From a virus, in the IMG/VR virus record IMGVR_UViG_3300012005_000004, positions 1 to 64,000 of that record: DNA of 64,000 nt; one strand, written 5' to 3'. Made by a program: the position numbers and the translations under genes. The notes below the pieces were generated by a model. The model had not been told where the DNA came from and did not search any database. It saw only the letters and a list, made by a program, of their open reading frames with translations. Shown here in pieces: positions 59,642 through 64,000 of this stretch. Positions within the stretch are counted from its first letter, which is position 1. Each line of letters begins with the position of its first letter.

Positions 59642-60433
59642 TTATGGCTCCGCGAAGTCTTCTAGTCCAGCTTCGATCAGCTCATTTTGAGCTTCTAAAA
59701 CTGAGATCTTACCCTTGTTATTTTTAGGACCGACATATTTGTTAATGATCGCCACCGCATCAATTAAATCTTGAGAGTTATGATACTTAACCTCATCTTT
59801 TTTTAGCAAGGGTGTGTTATAGCGGCCTTTGACCCATGAATCATCTATAGCGACGCTAGTTAATCCTTCGATCAATAATAGACCTAAGATGTTTGACTTA
59901 ATCGGATTTCCACCGATCCAAATAGAGCTGTTAATTCGATGGATGTGCTTGTGAATATCCTTGAGAGAAGTAAACTTATTACCAGAGATCCTGAGCTCTT
60001 TACCAAATTCTTTGGGGGCTCCTACAAAATCTGTTAGTAGATTGTTTGAGATGTTCATGCCACCATTTGGTAGCTTATCTGGAGCACCCTTCCAAGAGCT
60101 GATCTTATTGTTTCGAACGTTATAATAGTTTCCTGTAAATTTTGCAGGACCACCCGTCAGATCTTTGAGCTCTTGATCCATACAGATCAGGTAGCTGTTG
60201 AAGCTAAACATCCTCGGAAAATTCTTAAGACTAGTCACATTACCTTCTGCTGAAAATACTCCGTGACACAGCGCAAATGGAACCTCGACATGTCCGTCTA
60301 CTGATAAAGTTACATTAGCGTTTGCGATGATCTCTCCGTCTTGCACCATGCACTTGATCAAGTGATTATCGCTGATAAATTTGGTGGCGCCGCGGTCCGC
60401 GGCTGATTCGACTAAGATTTGAGAGATTTTCAT
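59642..60433 (-). CDS. LRR-like repeat protein (paralog C)
   Basis: N.LT...GAP repeats; C-terminal IINKY...LEAQ.EL...GL..FA; start MKISQILVE 5 nt after ATAAATA. Confidence 0.75.
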   Translation of the reverse strand: MKISQILVESAADRGATKFISDNHLIKCMVQDGEIIANANVTLSVDGHVEVPFALCHGVFSAEGNVTSLKNFPRMFSFNSYLICMDQELKDLTGGPAKFTGNYYNVRNNKISSWKGAPDKLPNGGMNISNNLLTDFVGAPKEFGKELRISGNKFTSLKDIHKHIHRINSSIWIGGNPIKSNILGLLLIEGLTSVAIDDSWVKGRYNTPLLKKDEVKYHNSQDLIDAVAIINKYVGPKNNKGKISVLEAQNELIEAGLEDFAEP

Positions 60434-60438
60434 AGCTG

Positions 60439-60445
60439 TATTTAT
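60439..60445 (-). promoter_or_regulatory. T4-type late promoter box
   Basis: ATAAATA-cagct-ATG. Confidence 0.65.
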
Positions 60446-60472
60446 TTTATCATTAGTTGTCACCAACTAATG

Positions 60473-60502
60473 ATGTACTTTTCTAGAGATTTAAGTTATA
60501 AT
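60473..60502 (+). promoter_or_regulatory. Early-type promoter
   Basis: ATGTAC-N18-TATAAT. Confidence 0.7.
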
Positions 60503-60528
60503 TAAATTATGTTTAATTGGAGGACTAG

Positions 60529-60756
60529 ATGCTGAGAGTTATAGGAGACAAGGCTGAGGCTGTTAGCGAGGCCAGATTGTTGTCAAAAACCATCCCGGGG
60601 ATCCGCTTGTACGTAACGTCGAGCGGAAGTCTTCTCCTCACAGAGGAAGATCGACCTGAGCTCCGTGAAATACCATTTAATGATGTTAGCATTCGTGCGA
60701 TCCGAGAATATGATGTTGAATACATGGAAGAAGTCCCAGAATCAGAAAGAGTTTAA
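60529..60756 (+). CDS. Hypothetical protein
   Basis: GGAGG SD. Confidence 0.65.
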   Translation: MLRVIGDKAEAVSEARLLSKTIPGIRLYVTSSGSLLLTEEDRPELREIPFNDVSIRAIREYDVEYMEEVPESERV

Positions 60757-60759
60757 ATT

Positions 60760-60951
60760 ATGAATATTATAAAGTATCCGTACCCACGTGAAAAGATGAT
60801 AGCTCCATTGATCATCGAGCAACCCAAGACGATCGATGAGATGATCACCGATGCTAAAAAGCTAGTTGCAGCTCACGGCATGCCTGTTTCCTTTGAGTAC
60901 CGAGGAGCTACCATTATGGTAAGTAAAGGTCAAGCTTCTCAAAATGAATAA
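60760..60951 (+). CDS. Hypothetical protein
   Basis: Operon packing. Confidence 0.55.
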   Translation: MNIIKYPYPREKMIAPLIIEQPKTIDEMITDAKKLVAAHGMPVSFEYRGATIMVSKGQASQNE

Positions 60952-60964
60952 ATTTTTGAATTTA

Positions 60965-60994
60965 ATTTACAAACTCAAAAAGTTAGTTTATAAT
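60965..60994 (+). promoter_or_regulatory. Early-type promoter for the Ro60 gene
   Basis: ATTTAC-N18-TATAAT. Confidence 0.7.
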
Positions 60995-61018
60995 TCTCCT
61001 TCACGCTTAAGCTAGTGT

Positions 61019-61061
61019 GTTGAATAGTGGCGCTGATCCATTGAAGGATCACAATTCCCTA
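61019..61061 (+). promoter_or_regulatory. Structured leader with Y-stem-like motif just upstream of the ro SD
   Basis: TAG-TGGCGC-TGATCC-attgaa-GGATCA-CAATTCC-CTA, resembling TGGCGTAG/TAGTTCC of the 63345 RNA. Confidence 0.45.
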
Positions 61062-61080
61062 ACTGAAAGGTAATAAAAAC

Positions 61081-62517
61081 ATGAAGACCAACGCAAAGGC
61101 AGTAAACAACCGTCGCACCGAAGGTGGTGCACGTGCATCGGCGATCACGCCGGAACAAGAGCTGCGCCGTCAAGTAATGGCACTGATGCTGTGGGAAAAT
61201 GGCGGACAGACAGAAAAGAATGTCGCATCGCTGATCCCGAAGTGTCGGCCAGAGTTCGTGGCCGCGTGCGCGTTCGAAGCTCGCACGAAGATGAAGCTGC
61301 GCCACGTTCCGCTGTTCATCGCGCGCGAGATGGCTCGGCACCCAGAGCACAAGTCCCTGGTGGGTAAGTTGCTGCCTGACCTGATCAACCGTGCCGATGA
61401 GATCAATGAGTTCATGGCGATCTACTGGAAGAACGGTAAGACCCCGATCTCGGCGCAAGTCAAGAAGGGTTTGGCCGCAGCTTTCAAGAAGTTCGGTCCG
61501 TATGCGCTGGCGAAGTACAATAAGACCGACATGGCCATCAAGATGCGTGATGTGATGTTCTTGACTCACGCTAAGCCTGCCGATGCTCCTGGTGACAAGT
61601 ACACCAAGGAAGTTCGTAAGGCTGAACGTGCTGGACAAAAGGCTCGTCAGCTGACCAAGGGCGAAAAGCTGTTCTCGGACTTGATCAATGACAAGCTGGA
61701 AACTCCTGACACATGGGAAACCAACCTGTCGGCTGGTGCAGACAAGAAGGAAACGTTTGAACGATTGATGTCTGAAAACAAGCTGGGTGCATTGGCATTC
61801 ATTCGTAACCTGCGGAACATGGTTCAGGCTGGTGTGAGCCGGCAGGCTATGAAGGAGTACGGAGCCAAGGTAAACTTGGAATACGTGCTGCCGTTCCGGT
61901 TCTTGTCAGCAGCTCGTCAAGTTCCAGGAATGGAAGACCTGTTGGAGCCGATGATGTTGCGTTGCCTGGAAGGTCAACCGAAGCTGCCGGGTAAGACCGT
62001 GCTGATTCTCGACACTTCTGGTTCGATGCACGCCGGAATCTCGGGCAAGTCTGACCTGACTCGTTTGGACACGGCCGCAGCGCTGGCGATCTTGGTTCGT
62101 GAAATTTGCGAAGATGTCGTCATCTACTGTACCGCAGGTTCGGATGGAGCACGTCGTCACGCTACCATGCAGATCCCAGCACGTCGTGGATTTGCGCTGG
62201 CGGATTACATCCGTAGCAATGAAGTTCAAGGCAAGATCGGTGGTGGCGGTATCTTCTTGAAGCAGTGCCTGGACTTCGTGGAAATGAACGAAAAGACGGC
62301 AGACCGCGTGATCACGTTGACCGACGAGATCGACTGCGATGACAAGGCGTCTCCGGAGGGAGCTTCGACTTTCGGTGAGAACAACTACATCATCAACGTC
62401 GCTACGCAGGCTAACGGTATCGCGTACTCGAAGTTCACGCACATCAACGGTTGGAGCGAAGCTGTAATCGACTTCATCCGCGTGCTTGAAGAAGACCAAG
62501 CGGCTGAATTGCAGTAA
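61081..62517 (+). CDS. rsr: Ro60/Rsr TROVE-domain RNA-binding protein with vWA domain
   Basis: T.EGG.A, R...KLRHVP, RADE, F..Y.LAKY, PDTWET.LS, AFIRNLRN, LPFRF, DTSGSM, GWSE. Confidence 0.93.
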   Translation: MKTNAKAVNNRRTEGGARASAITPEQELRRQVMALMLWENGGQTEKNVASLIPKCRPEFVAACAFEARTKMKLRHVPLFIAREMARHPEHKSLVGKLLPDLINRADEINEFMAIYWKNGKTPISAQVKKGLAAAFKKFGPYALAKYNKTDMAIKMRDVMFLTHAKPADAPGDKYTKEVRKAERAGQKARQLTKGEKLFSDLINDKLETPDTWETNLSAGADKKETFERLMSENKLGALAFIRNLRNMVQAGVSRQAMKEYGAKVNLEYVLPFRFLSAARQVPGMEDLLEPMMLRCLEGQPKLPGKTVLILDTSGSMHAGISGKSDLTRLDTAAALAILVREICEDVVIYCTAGSDGARRHATMQIPARRGFALADYIRSNEVQGKIGGGGIFLKQCLDFVEMNEKTADRVITLTDEIDCDDKASPEGASTFGENNYIINVATQANGIAYSKFTHINGWSEAVIDFIRVLEEDQAAELQ

Positions 62518-62601
62518 TGTTTTACGCATGGCACATGCGTACAAGTCCCCTGGATAAGAGATGGAATGTGCTAACAGAGGTCGGTTTACCATTCACCTCT
62601 T

Positions 62602-62735
62602 GGATGTGTAGCTCAGGTTGGTAGAGCGTCTAGTAGGAAAGCCCGGACGTTGATCCCATGTGGAAGCGCATGGAGTAGTCGCGGTGTAGCAAGTACAAAT
62701 GAAGGTCGCAGGTTCGACGCCTGCCACATCCGCCA
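62602..62735 (+). ncRNA. tRNA-scaffold RNA with Y-RNA-like stem replacing the anticodon arm (134 nt)
   Basis: Acceptor GGATGTG/CACATCC+G+CCA, D arm GCTC/GAGC, T arm GCAGG-TTCGACG-CCTGC; 74-nt folded insert at 62629-62702. Confidence 0.8.
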
Positions 62736-62737
62736 AA

Positions 62738-62977
62738 ATGAAACGAATTAGCACTTTATTGTTGAATCGAGTAATTGATAGCGTTCACCATCGAGCTTTT
62801 CGAGGGTATCCTACCTATTATGAAGAAATAAAGATCTTAGAGCTCCTAAAGGATGCACGTGAACTTATGAACAAGCATGATAAAGATAGAAGTAAAGTTG
62901 ATTTAATCGCTCACGTTGTTCTAATCGGTGTTCTAGCTTTATCCGGTGTTATTGTAACCTACTCACTATTTCGCTAA
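62738..62977 (+). CDS. Hypothetical membrane protein
   Basis: C-terminal TM; start moved to 62738 because 62699 lies inside the RNA. Confidence 0.55.
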   Translation: MKRISTLLLNRVIDSVHHRAFRGYPTYYEEIKILELLKDARELMNKHDKDRSKVDLIAHVVLIGVLALSGVIVTYSLFR

Positions 62978-63213
62978 TGATGACCGATAAAGATATTCAA
63001 TTCTTGAAAGAGCAGGTAAAGAATGGTGAGAACGTGTGTTATATCGATGATGACGGTAAGCGTCTTTTAGTATCCTCTGTGAATCTAAACTGGGTAGAAT
63101 TCCCAGATGAACCAGATCTAAAAGAACCAGCCGCCATGCTAGTTGGTAGCGTTCCTGTAGCTTTATTGAACGTTGAGCTGAGTTCTTTCATGAAATTGGT
63201 ACCTCTAAAATAA
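62977..63213 (+). CDS. Hypothetical protein
   Basis: TAATG overlap. Confidence 0.6.
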   Translation: MMTDKDIQFLKEQVKNGENVCYIDDDGKRLLVSSVNLNWVEFPDEPDLKEPAAMLVGSVPVALLNVELSSFMKLVPLK

Positions 63214-63225
63214 TTTCATAAAGTA

Positions 63226-63255
63226 GTTTACTTTTCTAGAAAGACAAGATATAAT
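63226..63255 (+). promoter_or_regulatory. Early-type promoter for an RNA-only unit
   Basis: GTTTAC-N18-TATAAT. Confidence 0.75.
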
Positions 63256-63269
63256 ACTTCCATAGCATA

Positions 63270-63344
63270 AATTCTTAAGTAAGAGCGATCTTAGTAGAGA
63301 TACACTGTTAACATTAGCAGTACTAAGGCTCTTACTTAAGAATT
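63270..63344 (+). repeat. Long leader hairpin
   Basis: Perfect 17-bp AATTCTTAAGTAAGAGC/GCTCTTACTTAAGAATT plus inner CTTAGTA/TACTAAG and CTGTTAA/TTAGCAG. Confidence 0.8.
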
Positions 63345-63409
63345 CAGGTGGCGTAGATAACGGTTACTTCACTTCCAAAGAAACCAACCGTTCTCGCTTA
63401 GTTCCCCTG
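63345..63409 (+). ncRNA. Minimal Y-RNA-like RNA lacking tRNA module
   Basis: CAGG/CCTG end stem, TGGCGTAG...TTAGTTCC internal region, AACGGTT/AACCGTT stem, pyrimidine-rich loop; near Ro60 gene. Confidence 0.6.
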
Positions 63410-63415
63410 TAATAT

Positions 63416-63495
63416 GGTTCCGTAGCTCAATGTTAGAGCGCCTGGTCCCTTTGCGGACAGGAGATAGTGGAGTTCAAATCTCTCTCGGATCCACC
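63416..63495 (+). tRNA. Atypical tRNA-like element (anticodon undefined)
   Basis: GGTTCCG/CGGATCC acceptor (one mismatch), GCTC/GAGC D stem, 21-nt anticodon arm, TTCAAAT T loop, ends ACCT. Confidence 0.55.
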
Positions 63496-63520
63496 TAAAT
63501 TTGTAATTTTTGTGAAGTCT

Positions 63521-63690
63521 TATAAATAAACCTGTTATGAAAAACTTTGTTTCCTTACTGTCGCTTAGTTATTGGTCATTGTCCTACCTTGGACAAGGCC
63601 TTGATGTACCGACTGAAGGATGGGATTTGTAGGAACCCACAAAGATTCAGCAGGTTTATCAAGGCTCCGCAAGGGGCCTTAATTGTTTCT
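63521..63690 (+). promoter_or_regulatory. Late promoter + leader peptide + attenuator-like alternative helices
   Basis: TATAAATA; uORF 63537-63632; antiterminator 63597-63610/63653-63666; terminator AAGGCTCC-gcaa-GGGGCCTT. Confidence 0.6.
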
Positions 63691-63791
63691 GGAGATAGAA
63701 AATGGATTGTGATCATGGATATCTTCTGGGCAATGGTTTGGGTGTTGTGGATAGCGATGATAGCTTCGCTGATCAGCACTGATTAAAATAT

Positions 63792-63874
63792 CTTCGACTG
63801 GCTAATACAAACTGGCACAGTTAGCGTCCTCAAAAGTCGCGCCTCTATCGGTTCGAATCCGATGTCGAAGACCA
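63792..63874 (+). tRNA. tRNA-Leu(CAA), atypical
   Basis: CTTCGAC/GTCGAAG+A+CCA; GCGTC-CTCAAAA-GTCGC; ATCGG-TTCGAAT-CCGAT; enlarged D region, short variable loop. Confidence 0.75.
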
Positions 63875-63885
63875 AAGTAGTATAT

Positions 63886-63976
63886 GGATCTCGCAAGTAA
63901 GGATGGGTGGTCCCGTCAGCCGGCTGTAACCCGGTTCCTATTAGGCAAGGCGTTCAACTCGACCCGAGATCCACCA
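63886..63976 (+). tRNA. tRNA-Tyr(GTA), atypical Sec-like fold
   Basis: 8-bp GGATCTCG/CGAGATCC+A+CCA; 6-bp D stem with TGGT loop; GCCGG-CTGTAAC-CCGGT. Confidence 0.75.
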
Positions 63977-64000
63977 AAATGTATCAGTAGACCCTTAAGG

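Noticed and set aside
61012-62592. Long antisense ORFs (61012-61638, 61906-62592) and similar shadow ORFs across the window
   Set aside because: They lie opposite well-supported genes with strong codon bias and have no SD or recognisable motifs
62602-62735. tmRNA or intron-containing tRNA
   Set aside because: Too short for tmRNA, no G3-U70 pair, and it has a full D stem. The flanks TCTAG and AATGA do not rebuild a 5-bp anticodon stem, and no group I or BHB structure is evident
62699-62737. 5' extension of the ORF starting at 62699
   Set aside because: It overlaps the T arm and acceptor stem of the structured RNA; ATG 62738 is more plausible
63547-63786. 79-aa ORF in the track
   Set aside because: TTG start without SD, and it runs through the terminator hairpin; the 63537-63632 uORF fits the late promoter better
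63864-63870. GTCGAAG matching the Y RNA GNCGAAG motif
   Set aside because: It is the fully paired 3' acceptor strand of tRNA-Leu, so the match is probably coincidental
63886-63976. Selenocysteine tRNA
   Set aside because: The fold is Sec-like but the anticodon is GTA, not TCA, and the variable arm is short
63981-64000. Possible start of another tRNA
   Set aside because: Only 20 nt are visible before the window edge, too little to support a call

Overview
Dense, mostly + strand window from a large T4-like (probably jumbo myovirus) phage genome. Evidence for this: rIIA/rIIB, an ATP-dependent DNA ligase, many short overlapping hypothetical ORFs, about 15 copies of a RTNTAC-N18-TANNAT early promoter, ATAAATA late-promoter boxes and the start of a tRNA array. 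The host is probably proteobacterial (inference). Accessory content: a Ter-type stress cluster (DUF475/TerC-like, TelA, TerD, vWA); a PrkA/YeaG-YeaH-SpoVR triad interrupted by SLOG and HD/PDE-like genes; a J-domain/kinase-like + vWA + divergent PurA-like trio; a CoaE-CoaD fusion; DHFR; AdoMetDC; an ArgZ-like amidinotransferase; a double-GH16 protein; and c-di-GMP signalling parts (a PAS-PAS-GGDEF-EAL gene, a second GGDEF gene cut by the left edge, a stand-alone receiver and a PAS protein). Most striking: (1) a Ro60/TROVE locus with several Y-RNA-like elements, including a 134-nt RNA with normal tRNA ends (acceptor stem + CCA) whose anticodon arm is replaced by a 74-nt Y-like stem, i.e. an apparent circular permutation of YrlA; (2) a candidate ribosome-mediated attenuator (Leu/Ser/Tyr-rich leader peptide with alternative 1:2, 2:3 and 3:4 helices) in front of structurally atypical tRNA-Leu and tRNA-Tyr genes; (3) an acyl-carrier-protein domain embedded in rIIB. 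All calls come from motif recognition and hand folding; no searches were run.
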